The notes: generated by a model not told the origin, from the letters alone. A stretch of DNA of 55,877 bases from Octopus sinensis (GCF_006345805.1 NW_021832846.1:1-55877); one strand, 5' to 3'; shown: positions 1 to 12,682, counted from the first letter of the stretch. Numbers and translations: made by a program.

Positions 1-240
1 TTTAGAGAGTTACTTCCCTTATATATGTCAAAAATGTATTAAAAATGGGAAAAATTGATGGTAAATTTTTTTTTAAATCGTAGACTCATCGTAGACGCGC
101 GCTAATACCCAGACGGTCTCGATATGAATCACGACTATAAGATACCCGCTTTTAGTTAAACTGCACCGCAAAATGTGGGAGTAGTTAGGAATCTAAATCG
201 TAGGAGACAGACACACAACCTCACTTTTATATATAAAGAT
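1..240 (+). mobile_element. Non-autonomous Helitron-like (HINE/DINE-1/Lep1-type) element, 3' part cut by the window start
   Basis: Ends in ...GTAGTTAGGAATCTAAATCGTAGGAGACAGACACACAACCTCACTTTTATATATAAAGAT, the same as the full copies downstream. Confidence 0.6.
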
Positions 241-401
241 TTCCTCTATTTACTTAATATTGAGGTCTCTTTCTTTCTTTTGTTATCTTACTGTTTTTAC
301 CAATATACATATATATATATATATAAATATATATATAGTTACAGAGATGTACTTGCATAGCAAGTGACTTGATCTGAGATCGTGTGCTGGAACGAAAACA
401 G

Positions 402-660
402 TTGCAGCGTTGAAGGTGTTTATATGCCATTTAAGAAACACACAAAAAGCGTTAGATTCACTTCAACATTTAAATTTAATTTGTCAAAATATTTTCGTCA
501 GTTTGAGACCGCGACCTGTTAGGACGATATTTTTGTCAGTGAACAGGTCGCGGTCTGAAAGCGACGAAAATATTTTGGCAAATTAAATTTAAATGTTGAA
601 GTGAATGTAACGGTTTTTGTGTGTTTCTTAAATGGCTTACAAACACCTTCCACGCTGCAA
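402..660. mobile_element. 259-bp fold-back MITE-like palindrome, copy 1
   Basis: Arms of about 118 bp (TTGCAGCG...GAGACCGCGACCTGTT / AACAGGTCGCGGTCT...CGCTGCAA) around a ~21-nt loop. Confidence 0.8.
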
Positions 661-680
661 TATATATATATACACACATA

Positions 681-711
<31 letters not shown>

Positions 712-1154
712 GTGTATATGTGTATGCATGTATGTGTGTGTGTGCGTGTCTGTGCTTGTGATTGTCCTCCACCACTGCTTGACAACGAATGTTGTTTTGT
801 TTACACCCCTGTAACCTAGTGGTTTGACAAAGGAAACAGGAAGTGGGAGGCAGAGTGAAAGAATGACTCACTACAGTAAGTGAATTACTTTCGTTTTATT
901 CGTTGCCCACTGTGTGTGTGCGTTTGCGTGTGGTGTAAACCAGACTAAGAAAAGCATTTGACACACACACCAGAATGTGAGTTTTCTGTAAATTTTCCTT
1001 AACTGGAGTTTAAATTTTAAAAACTGGACCTGGCATGACGCGATGCATTGTACTCTTAAAACTGCTAGGTAAATTGTAATTGAAGAAATCCTATATTGTA
1101 GATTTGTATAACTCCCAAAGGGAGGCAGATAAAATCTGCCTTTTATAATAAGAG

Positions 1155-1187
<33 letters not shown>

Positions 1188-1190
<3 letters not shown>

Positions 1191-1373
1191 CGGGAAGGTT
1201 TACGAAAATAAACAAAAGACGAAGGCAGGTGGAGTACAAACAAACAATTGTATTAGTATGGCGCTCAGGAATAGAAATAAAACAAGTCCTTAATGTTTCG
1301 AGCCTACGTTCTTCAACAGAAAGATACACAGAAAAGAAACAAGGAGAGAAAAAAATGCGTGCAGATATATGTA
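1188..1373 (-). mobile_element. ~185-bp Penelope-like pLTR fragment flanked by (TA)n, with a degenerate minimal hammerhead motif
   Basis: A second copy is at 8077-8262 and a partial copy at about 32272-32335. The minus strand reads TCTTT-CTGTTGA-AGAACGTAGGCTC-GAAAC-ATT-AAGGA. Confidence 0.5.
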
Positions 1374-1402
1374 TGTATATATATATATATATATACATAT
1401 AT

Positions 1403-1919
1403 ACTAGCAGTATCACCCGGCGTTGCTCGGGTTTGTAAGGGAAATAACTATATATGCATTTTTAGAGAGTTACTTCCCTTATAGATGTCAATTCGGGCTT
1501 TCTTAGCCATTTCTGTTTTGGTGTCTTCAAGCCATGAAGTCGTTGTTCTAAAGGAATGCTGGTCTCCTTGACAACACTTTACGACGTTGATTTCCATACA
1601 CTCCCTTCCCCACAGCTTCACGAGGGAGGGAAGAACGGGGAGAAGCAAACAGGTGCAGGTGTGACCATGGACGCCAACTCCGCCGCCATCGACACACGAT
1701 GCATTTTATGCATTAAAATGGAATAAAAAATGATGTTAAATTATTTTTAAAATCGTAGACTCATCGTAGACGCGCACTAATAACCAGACGGACTCGATAT
1801 GAATCACGACTATAAGATACCCGAATTTGGTTAAACTGCACCGCAAAATGTGGGAGGAGTTAGGAATCTAAATCGAAGGGGACAGACACTCACACAACTA
1901 CAATTTTATATATATAGAT
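1403..1919 (+). mobile_element. HINE/Lep1-type non-autonomous Helitron-like element
   Basis: 5' ACTAGCAGTATCACCCGGCGTTGCTCGGG after (TA)n and 3' ...GACAGACACTCACACAACTACAATTTTATATATATAGAT; these termini resemble DINE-1/Lep1 elements. Confidence 0.65.
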
Positions 1920-2655
1920 ATATAAGGTTTATTGTTTCAATTCTGAGTGTATTGGACCATCTGAAACAAATCAGCAAGGCAAAAAAGCACCACCTTGGCT
2001 GGCTTCTGTGCCGGTGGCACATAAAAAGCACCAACCGATCGTGGCCATTGCCAGCCTCCTCTGGCACCTGTGCCAGTGGCATGTAAAAAGCACCCACTAC
2101 ACTCACGGAGTGGTTGGCGCTAGGAAGGGCATCCAGCTGTAGAAACTCCGCCAGATCAGACTGGTGTCTGGTGACTGGAACAAGTCCTTGAGAAAAAGTA
2201 AAAATAAAATCCCAACCACTGTGACTACTGGCTCCTATACCATACAATGCCACCACAACTACTACCACCACCACTACAGAGCAAAGACAAGCCGACAATT
2301 AACAATAACAACAAAACTGAGATAAGACCACACCCCGGAAAAAAAAGTCATTTCCTCACCATTCCACCCACCACGCCAACCTTTGAGTCACCCACCCACC
2401 TCAACGGCCGACCCTGCTGTTATCTACGTGTGTGGGGGGCAACGTCCACCACCTCCAACAACAACAGCAACAATAACAATAGCGCAAACACAAACACAAA
2501 CATAACAACAGCAAACAGTCTGGCTATTTTCCGCCAATCTACTCTTAGAGTATATTGACCTCTAATCTGTCAGTTTGCTTGCACTTGGATGTGTGTGGGT
2601 GTATATATATAAATATATACATATATGTAGATATATATATGTATATGTATATTTG

Positions 2656-2703
<48 letters not shown>

Positions 2704-2704
<1 letters not shown>

Positions 2705-3080
2705 CTAGCAGTATCGCCCGGCGTTGCTCGGGTTTGTAAGGGAAATAATTATATAAGCATTTTTAGAGATGTAAAGTATAATAGCCATCTCAATATGGCT
2801 AACCACAAAGGGGGAGGGGTGTTACTGTAGCTTTTTACGTTCTGAGATTTAATAATAAATTTTAGAGAGTTACTTCCCTTATATATGTCAAAAATTGATG
2901 GTAAATTTTTTTTTAAATCGTAGACTCATCGTAGACGCGCGCTAATACGCAGACGGTCTCGATATGAATCACGACTATAAGATACGCGCTTTTAGTTAAA
3001 CTGCACCGCAAAATGTGGGAGTAGTTAGGAATCTAAATCGTAGGAGACAGACACACAACCTCACTTTTATATATAAAGAT
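2704..3080 (+). mobile_element. HINE/Lep1-type element (different internal variant)
   Basis: Same termini as 1403-1919 with a different internal segment. Confidence 0.65.
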
Positions 3081-3245
3081 TTCCTCTATTTACTTAATAT
3101 TGAGGTCTCTTTCTTTCTTTTGTTATCTTACTGTTTTTAACAATATACATATATATATATATATATATAAATGTATAAATAGTTACAAAGATGTACTTGC
3201 ATAGCAAGTGACTTGATCTGAGATCGTGTGCTGGAACGAAAACAG

Positions 3246-3504
3246 TTGCAGCGTTGAAGGTGTTTATAAGCCATTTAAGAAACACACAAAAGCCGTTAGA
3301 TTCACTTCAACATTTAAATTTAATTTGTCAAAATATTTTCGTCACTTTGAGACCGCGACCTGTTAGGACGATATTTTTGTCAGTGAACAGGTCGCGGTCT
3401 GAAAGCGACGAAAATATTTTTGCAAATGAAATTTAAATGTTGAAGTGAATGTAACGGTTTTTGTGTGTTTCTTAAATGGCTTACAAACACCTTCCACGCC
3501 GCAA
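3246..3504. mobile_element. 259-bp fold-back MITE-like palindrome, copy 2
   Basis: Near-identical to 402-660. Confidence 0.8.
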
Positions 3505-3849
3505 TATATATATACACACATATATATATATGTATGTATGTATGCATGTATGTGTGTGTGTGTGCGTGTCTGTGCTTGTGATTGTCCTCCACCACTGCTT
3601 GACAACGAATGTTGGTTTGTTTACATCCCTGTCACCTAGTGGTTTGACAAAGGAAACAGATAGAATAAGTACAATGCTTACAAAAATAAAACTGGAGTTG
3701 ATTCATTAAACTACAATTCTTCAAGGAATTGCCCCAGCATGGCCACAGACCAATGGCTGGAAAAAGCAGAAGAATAAAAGAATACATTCTCTGCTTTGGT
3801 CTTATGTTCAAGGCATAAGAAAGCTTGAGTTTACATGAGAAGGCCTAAC

Positions 3850-4125
3850 AGACCTGGTAGAAACAGCAGCCAAATCTCCCTCAAATCACACCTTACTGTC
3901 TTATGTATGTATATATATATGAGCCAATGAGGGGGACCTCTACATGGTAGCTAGACCTGGTAGAAATAGCAGCCAAATTTCCCCCAAATCACACCTTACT
4001 GTCTTATCTATGTATATATGTATGTATGAGCCTATGAGGGAGACCCCTACATGGCAGCTAGACATGGTAGAAATGGCAGCCAAATCTCCCTCAAATCACA
4101 CCTTACTGTCTTATCTTTCTGCTAC
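3850..4125 (+). repeat. Three tandem ~105-bp copies of a dispersed repeat fragment
   Basis: AGAC(C/A)TGGTAGAAA...GCAGCCAAAT(C/T)TCCC(T/C)CAAATCACACCTTACTGTCTTAT occurs three times. Confidence 0.75.
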
Positions 4126-4615
4126 TTATATTCGTCGTAAAAAACTTTCCTGTCACACACTCACGCACACGCACACACACACACACACACACACGCGCAC
4201 CCTCACACACACACGCACGCACACACACACACACACACTCACACACACGCACGTTAGCTTACAATTTTATTTATATATTTGCGTGTCTGTGTGGAAAGAG
4301 GAAGTGGGAGGCAGAGTGAAAGAATCACTCACTACAGTAAGTCAATTACTTTCGTTTTATTCGTTGCCCACTGTGTGTGTGCGTTTGCGTGTGGTGTAAA
4401 CCAGACTAAGAAAAGCATTTGACACACACACCAGAATGTGAGTTTTCTGTAAATTTTGCTTAACTGGAGTTTAAATTTTAAAAACTGGACCTGGCATGAC
4501 GCGATGCATTGTACTCTTAAAACTGCTAGGTAAATTGTAATTGAAGAAATCCTATATTGTATATTTGTATAACTCCCAAAGGGAGGCAGATAAAATCTGC
4601 CTTTTATAATAAGAG

Positions 4616-5119
4616 ACTAGCAGTATCGCCCGGCGTTGCTCGGGTTTGTAAGGGAAATAACTATATAAGCATTTTTAGAGAGTTACTTCCCTTATAAATT
4701 CGGGCTTTCTTAGCCATTTTTGTTTTGGTGTCTTCAAGCCATGAAGTCGTTGTTCTAAAAGAACGCTGGTTTCCTTCACAACGCATTACGACGTTGATTT
4801 CTTTACACTCCCTTCCCCACAGCTTCACGAGGGAGGGAAGGGGGAGAAGCAAACAGGTGCAGCTGTGAGCGTGGATGCCAACTCCGCCGCCATCAACACA
4901 CGATGCATTTTATGCATTAAAATGGAATAAAAAATGATGTTAAATTTTTTTTTAAATCGTAGACTCATCGTAGACGCGCACTAATAAACAGACGGACTCG
5001 ATATGAATCACGACTATAAGATACCCGAATTTGGTTAAACTGCACCGCAAAATGTGGGAGTAGTTAGGAATCTAAATCGTAGGAGACAGACACACAACCT
5101 CACTTTTATATATAAAGAT
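4616..5119 (+). mobile_element. HINE/Lep1-type element
   Basis: Same 5' and 3' termini as the other copies. Confidence 0.65.
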
Positions 5120-5280
5120 TTCCTCTATTTACTTAATATTGAGGTCTCTTTCTTTCTTTTGTTATCTTACTGTTTTTACCAATATACATATATATATATA
5201 TATAAATATATATATAGTTACAGAGATGTACTTGCATAGCAAGTGACTTGATCTGAGATCGTGTGCTGGAACGAAAACAG

Positions 5281-5539
5281 TTGCAGCGTTGAAGGTGTTT
5301 ATATGCCATTTAAGAAACACACAAAAAGCGTTAGATTCACTTCAACATTTAAATTTAATTTGTCAAAATATTTTCGTCACTTTGAGACCGCGACCTGTTA
5401 GCACGATATTTTTGTCAGTGAACAGGTCGCGGTCTGAAAGCGACGAAAATATTTTGGCAAATTAAATTTAAATGTTGAAGTGAATGTAACGGTTTTTGTG
5501 TGTTTCTTAAATGGCTTACAAACACCTTCCACGCTGCAA
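5281..5539. mobile_element. 259-bp fold-back MITE-like palindrome, copy 3
   Basis: Near-identical to 402-660. Confidence 0.8.
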
Positions 5540-6289
5540 TATATATATACACACATATATATATATGTATGTATGTATGTATGTGTGTATATGTGTATGC
5601 ATGTATGTGTGTGTGTGCGTGTCTGTGCTTGTGATTGTCCTCCACCACTGCTTGACAACGAATGTTGGTTTGTTTACACCCCTGTCACCTAGTGGTTTGA
5701 CAAAGGAAACAGAAAGAATAAGCACAATGCTTACAAAAATAAAACTGGAGTTGATTCATTAAACTACAATTCTTCAAGGCATTGCCCCAGCATGGCCACA
5801 GACCAATGGCTGGAAAAAGCAGAAGAATAAAAGAATACATTCTCTGCTTTGGTCTTATGTTCACCCTCACACACACACACACGCGCACACACCACACACA
5901 CACTCACACACACGCACGTTAGCTTACAATTTTATTTATATATTTGCTTGTCTATGTGTTGAAAGAGGAAGTGGGAGGCAGAGTGAAAGAATCACTCACT
6001 ACAGTAAGTGAATTACTTTCATTTTATTCGTTGCCCACTGTGTGTGTGCGTTTGCGTGTGGTGTAAACCAGACTAAGAAAAGCATTTGACACACACACCA
6101 GAATGTGAGTTTTCTGTAAATTTTGCTTAACTGGAGTTTAAATTTTAAAAACTGGACCTGGCATGACGCGATGCATTGTACTCTTAAAACTGCTAGGTAA
6201 ATTGTAATTGAAGAAATCCTATATTGTAGATTTGTATAACTCCCAAAGGGAGGCAGATAAAATCTGCCTTTTATAAAAAGAGATATATG

Positions 6290-6324
<35 letters not shown>

Positions 6325-6449
6325 GTATATATATATGTATATATATATGTATATATATATTATATATATATATATGTATATATATATATGTATATATTTA
6401 TATGTATATATATGTATATATATACATGTATATATATACATGTATATAT

Positions 6450-6485
<36 letters not shown>

Positions 6486-6487
<2 letters not shown>

Positions 6488-6877
6488 TAGCAGTATCGCC
6501 CGGCGTTGCTCGGGTTTGTAAGGGAAATAATTATATAAGCATTTTTAGAGATGTAAAGTATAATAGCCATCTCAATATGGCTAACCACAAAGGGGGAGGG
6601 GTGTTACTGTAGCTTTTTACGTTCTGAGATTTAATAATAAATTTTAGAGAGTTACTTCCCTTATATATGTCAAAAATGGATTAAAAATGGGAAAAATTGA
6701 TGGTAAATTTTTTTTAAATCGTAGACTCATCGTAGACGCGCGCTAATACCCAGACGGTCTCGATATGAATCACGACTATAAGATACCCGCTTTTAGTTAA
6801 ACTGCACCGCAAAATGTGGGAGTAGTTAGGAATCTAAATTGTAGGAGACAGACACACAACCTCACTTTTATATATAA
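6486..6877 (+). mobile_element. HINE/Lep1-type element
   Basis: Same termini; internal variant like 2704-3080. Confidence 0.65.
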
Positions 6878-7038
6878 GTTTTCCTCTATTTACTAATATT
6901 GAGGTTTCTTTCTTTCTTTTGTTATCTTACTGTTTTTACCAATATACATATATATATATATAAATATATATATAGTTACAGAGATGTACTTGCATAGCAA
7001 GTGACTTGATCTGAGATCGTGTGCTGGAACGAAAACAG

Positions 7039-7297
7039 TTGCAGCGTTGAAGGTGTTTATATGCCATTTAAGAAACACACAAAAAGCGTTAGATTCACTT
7101 CAACATTTAAATTTAATTTGTCAAAATATTTTCATCACTTTGAGACCGCGACCTTTTAGCACGATATTTTTGTCAGTGAACAGGTCGCGGTCTGAAAGCG
7201 ACGAAAATATTTTGGCAAATTAAATTTAAATGTTGAAGTGAATGTAACGGTTTTTGTGTGTTTCTTAAATGGCTTACAAACACCTTCCACGCTGCAA
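7039..7297. mobile_element. 259-bp fold-back MITE-like palindrome, copy 4
   Basis: Near-identical to 402-660. Confidence 0.8.
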
Positions 7298-8076
7298 TAT
7301 ATATATACACACATATATATATATGTATGTATGTATGTATGTGTGTATATGTGTATGCATGTATGTGTGTGTGTGTGCATGTCTGTGCTTGTGATTGTCC
7401 TCCACCACTGCTTGACAACGAATGTTGGTTTGTTTACACCCCTGTCACCTAGTGGTTTGACAAAGGAAACAGATAGAATAAGCACAATGCTTACAAAAAT
7501 AAAACTGGAGTTGATTCATTAAACTACAATTCTTCAAGGCATTGCCCCAGCATGGCCACAGACCAATGGCTGGAAAAAGCAGAAGAATAAAAGAATACAT
7601 TCTCTGCTTTGGTCTTATGTTCCCCCTCACAAACACACACACGCGCACGCACACACACACACACACTCACACACACGCACGTTAGCTTACAATTTTATTT
7701 ATATATTTGCGTGTGTATGTGTTGGAAGAGGAAGTGGGAGGCAGAGTGAAAGAATCACTCACTACAGTAAGTCAATTACTTTCATTTTATTCGTTGCCCA
7801 CTGTGTGTGTGCGTTTGTGTGTGCTGTAAACCAGACTAAGAAAAGCATTTGACACACACACCAGAATGTGTGTTTTCTGTAAATTTTGCTTAACTGCAGT
7901 TTAAATTTTAAAAACTGGACCTGGCATGACGCGATGCATTGTACTCTTAAAAATGCAAGGTAAATTGTAATTGAAGAAATCCTATATTGTATATTTGTAT
8001 AAATCCCAAAGGGAGGCAGATAAAATCTGCCTTTTATAATAAGATATATATAGATATATATATATATATATATATA

Positions 8077-8260
8077 TAACGGGAAGGTTTACGAAAATAA
8101 ACAAAAGACGAAGGCAGGTGGAGTACAAACAAACAATTGTATTAGTATGGCGCTCAGGAATAGAAATAAAACAAGTCCTTAATGTTTCGAGCCTACGTTC
8201 TTCAACAGAAAGATACACAGAAAAGAAACAAGGAGAGAAAAAAATGCGTGCAGATATATG

Positions 8261-8262
<2 letters not shown>
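8077..8262 (-). mobile_element. ~185-bp Penelope-like pLTR fragment, copy 2
   Basis: Near-identical to 1188-1373 and flanked by (TA)n. Confidence 0.5.
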
Positions 8263-8297
<35 letters not shown>

Positions 8298-8299
<2 letters not shown>

Positions 8300-9140
8300 T
8301 AGCAGTATCACCCGGCGTTGCTCGGGTTTGTAAGGGAAATAACTATATAAGCATTTTTAGAGAGTTACTTCCCTTATAGATGTCAATTCGGGCTTTCTTA
8401 GCCATTTCTGTTTTGGTGTCTTCAAGCCATGAAGTCGTTGTTCTAAAGGAATGCTGGTCTCCTTGACAACACTTTACGACGTTGATTTCCATACACTCCC
8501 ATCCCCACAGCTTCACGAGGGAGGGAAGAAGGGGGAGAAGCAAACAGGTGCAGGTGTGACCAAGGACGCCAACTCCGCCGCCATCGACACATGAAAAATT
8601 ATGCATTAAAATGGAATAAAAAATGATGTTAAATTATTTTTAAAATCGTAGACTCATTGTAGACGTGCACTAATACCCAGACGGGCTCGATATGAATCAC
8701 GACTATAAGCTACCCGAATTTGGTTAAACTGTACCGCAAAATGTGGGAGTAGTTATGAATCTGAATCGAAAGGGACAGACACTCACACAACTACAGTTTT
8801 ATATATATACTAGCAGTATCGCCCGGCGTTGCTCGGGTTTGTAAGGGAAATAACTATATAAGCATTTTTAGAGAGTTACTTCCCTTATAAATTCAGGCTT
8901 TCTTAGCCATTTTTGTTTTGGTGTCTTCAAGCCATGAAGTCGTTGTTCTAAAAGAACGCTGGTCTCCTTCAAAACGCATTACGACGTTGATTTCTTTACA
9001 CTCCCTTCCCCACAGCTTCACAATATGAATCACGACTATAAGATACCCGGTTTTGGTTAAACTGCACCGCAAAATGTGGGAGTAGTTAGGAATCTAAATC
9101 GGAGGAGACAGACACTCACACAACTACAGTTTTATACATA
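8298..9140 (+). mobile_element. Two head-to-tail HINE/Lep1-type elements (8298-8808 and 8809-9140)
   Basis: ACTAGCAGTATC restarts at 8809, directly after the TATATATAT 3' end of the first copy. Confidence 0.65.
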
Positions 9141-9660
<520 letters not shown>

Positions 9661-9820
9661 AATTTCAACAATTGAGGGTAAAATTAATTAATTATTAATC
9701 AATTTCACCAAGTATTCAGTATGTAAAGGGACCATTTTAGGCGAATTCAAAATATTACATTATATATAAGGGCTTAGTAAAATAAATTACTTTGCCACAT
9801 ACTGAACTCATTAGAATAGC

Positions 9821-10158
9821 AGCTAAAGAAATTTCTTCAGCTATTTCTAATACTTAAAGAAGATCTCTCTCAGATAGTGCTTGCCTAGACCAACTCACAA
9901 AGGTATGGGGGAAAAAACATTAAAATGCAAACCTTTGCACTTGATTTTTTAATGTTTTTTCCCCCATACCTTGTGAGTTGGTCTAGGCAAGCACTATCTG
10001 AGAGAGATCTTCTTTAAGTATTAGAAATAGCTGAAGAAATTTCTTTAGCTTCTTCAGCTATTTCTAATACTTAAAGAAGATCTCTCTCAGATAGTGCTTG
10101 CCTAGACCAACTCACAAAGGTATGGGGGAAAAAACATTAAAATGCGAACCTTTGCACT
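9821..10158. repeat. ~105-bp triplication with an inverted middle copy (forward-inverted-forward)
   Basis: 9821-9925 (+), 9945-10050 (exact reverse complement apart from one A) and 10051-10158 (+). Confidence 0.9.
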
Positions 10159-10397
10159 AAATTTCAGTGAGGTTTGGCTGTTATTTCTAGCACAAAGAAG
10201 CCGGCTCAAGGGTTGGCCTCCTTTCACCTTTTCTACATAAAAACCTTCTACAAAATAGGCCTTTAAGTGGTCATGCAAAATGCTAGAAACGCCAGCTAAA
10301 TCTGCCCCATATTACACTCTATTTTCTTTAAAAATGGAAGGATACATTTTTTTTTTCTTTTATGGTGCGTGTGTGTACATACAAACACACACACATA

Positions 10398-10805
10398 GGC
10401 GCAGGAGTGGCTGTGTGGTAAGTAGCTTGCTAACCAACCACATGGTTCTGGGTTCAGTCCCACTGCATGGCACCTTGGGCAAGTGTCTTCTACTATAGCC
10501 TCAGGCTGACCAAAGCCTTGTGAGTGGATTTGGTAGATGGAAACTGAAAGAAGCCCGTCGTATGTATGTATATATATATATATATATATATGCGCGTGTA
10601 TGTGTGTCTGTGTTTGTCCCCCTAGCATTGCTTGACAACCGATGTTGGTGTGTTTATGTTCCCGTTACTTAGCGGTTCAGCAAAAGAGACCGATAGAATA
10701 AGTACTGGGCTTACAAAAGAATAAGTCCCGGGGTCGAGTTGCTCGATTAAAGGCAGTGCTCCAGCATGGCCACAGTCAAATGACTGAAACAAGTAAAAGA
10801 GTAAA
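10398..10805 (+). mobile_element. tRNA-derived SINE (octopus OK/OR-like family with a CORE-like CCTTGGGCAAGTG motif)
   Basis: A-box-like TGGCTGTGTGG, B-box-like GGTTCAGTCCC, central (TA)/(TG) microsatellite and tail ...GAAACAAGTAAAAGAGTAAA; more than ten copies in the window. Confidence 0.8.
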
Positions 10806-11304
10806 GGAGATACATTTTTTAATTCTTTTATGGTGTGTGCGTGTACATACACACACACACACACACACACATACACACACACACACACATATATGTCGCA
10901 AGCATGGCTGTGTGGTTAGAGGCTTGCTTCTTGACCACACAGTTCCTGGTTCAGTCCTACATGGCACTGTGGGCAGATGTCTTCAACTAAAGTTTCAGAC
11001 CAACCAAAGCCTTGTGAGAGGAATTGGTAGATGGAAACTGAAAAGAAGCCCGTCGTATATATGTGTGTGTGTATAAGCGTGCATATGTGTGTGTGTGTGC
11101 ATGCGTGTGTGTGTGTGTGTTTGTCACCATGCCATTGTTTGATAACTAATGTTGGTGTTTATGTCCGATAACTTAGCAGTTCAGCAAAAGAGACTGATAT
11201 AAGACCTGAGGTCAATTTCTGCAACTAAAACACTTGTTAAGGTGGTGCTCCAGCATGGCCATAAATAAATAACTGAAACAAGTAAAAAAATAAAAGAAAA
11301 CACA

Positions 11305-11680
11305 CTGTGTGTGGTAAGTAGCTTGCTTACCAACCACATGGTTCCGGGTTCAGTCCCACTGCATGGCACCTTGGGCAAGTGTCTTCTGCTATAGCCCCGG
11401 GCCGACCAATGCCTTGTGAGTGGATTTGGTAGATGGAAACTGAAAGAAGCCTGTCGTATATATATATATATGTGTGTGTGTAAGTGTTTGTGTATCTGTG
11501 TTTGTCCCCCTAGCATTGCTAGGTGTGTTTACGTCCCCGTCACTTAGCGGTTCGGCAAAAGAGACCGATAGAATAAGTACTGGGCTTACAAAGAATAAGT
11601 CGCAGGGTCGATTTGCTCAACTAAAGGCGGTGCTCCAGCATGGCCGCAGTCAAATGACTGAAACAAGTAAAAGACTGAAA
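11305..11680 (+). mobile_element. tRNA-derived SINE, same family
   Basis: Head, core and tail match 10398-10805. Confidence 0.8.
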
Positions 11681-11707
11681 GAATACACACACACACATAT
11701 ATATATG

Positions 11708-12195
11708 CAGGATGCGATGGGTAAATGTTTGCCATTTTATATCTTTAATTTCATGCATGTACATTGTTTGTTTTCGATTTTATCAACTACACAGTATAGT
11801 AGGGTCAGTTGGGCACAGTCTGTGAGAAAAACAGCACCATGACGCAATTCACTCGGCTGGAAATTTGGAAACGACATGCTGTACTGTTTGGCATTTGCAC
11901 CAGAAGCCCTAATACGAGTGTTTGGCTGTTAATCCGTGGACAGTGCAAAGGATTTGGAAAGAGTTGAATGAGTTTAATGGGGATTATGAAGGTATAGCAG
12001 CTCAGTAAACTCACTCTGGTTGTTCTGATAAGAAAAGAACTCCTAAATTTTTTGGTGAGATCCAGGCCGCAATTGACAATGATCCCTCCAAGTCAATCAG
12101 GTCCATTGCCAGGTACATGGGCGTGTCTGAGTTTCTTATCAGGCCGGTAGTGTATGAAGACATACAGTATTCCTTCCTCATACAAGATTAGAAAG
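11708..12195 (+). pseudogene. Tc1/mariner transposon remnant (left TIR plus the N-terminal HTH part of the transposase)
   Basis: After a frameshift it reads RTVQRIWKELNEFNGDYEG..DKKRTPKFFGEIQAAIDNDPSKSIRSIARYMGVSEFLIRPVVYEDI, a mariner-like DNA-binding region with a stop and a frameshift; it begins CAGG after a (TA)-rich run. Confidence 0.7.
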
Positions 12196-12590
12196 GCATC
12201 GAGAGTTACGCAAATGCCAGAACTGGGCGCCACTGCGTGGTGCCTAGGACTCCAAACCTGCCATCAGATGTAGGACAAGATTCTGTGATAGCCTGGGCTT
12301 CCGAGGCCCACAGCTCTTCAATATCCTCCCGAAGAACCTGAGAGACCTGCATGGGGTGGATACAGATGTCTTTAAAATGAAGCTGGATCTCTTCCTGTCA
12401 GGTGTCCCAGATGAACCAACTTCACGGCAGGAGGGGCAGATGAGGGCAGCTGCATCGAACTCTCTCATGCACCAAATAGCAGTTGCTAGAAAGCCCCCAT
12501 GAAGTGAAACCAAGTAGCAACACCAATGGTGGTGCCCCAGCATGGCCACAGCTCATAAGCTGAAACTAGAATCAATCAATCAATCAATCA
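12196..12590 (+). mobile_element. 5'-truncated CR1/L2-group LINE, C-terminus and 3' UTR with (ATCA)n tail
   Basis: Translates as GPQLFNILPKNLRDLHGVDTDVFKMKLDLFLSGVPDEP...AASNSLMHQ and ends in AATCAATCAATC. Confidence 0.75.
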
Positions 12591-12682
12591 TATGTACATA
12601 TATATATATATATATATATATGTACATATATATATATATATATATATACATATATAATATATGTACATATATATGTACATAT

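Larger units (their letters stand above)
1..9140. repeat. Tandem array of about four diverged 1.8-2.3 kb composite cassettes (HINE + spacer + fold-back MITE + SINE fragment + ~310-bp segment + microsatellites)
   Basis: The same ordered blocks recur at about 240-1150, 3080-4612, 5120-6283 and 6880-8045, each preceded and followed by an ACTAGCAGTATC(G/A)CCCGGCG element; the six-frame ORFs repeat accordingly. Confidence 0.9.

Noticed and set aside
10398-10475. tRNA-like A/B boxes (here and in other SINE heads)
   Set aside because: No complete cloverleaf; each is followed by SINE core and tail, so they are SINE heads rather than tRNA genes.
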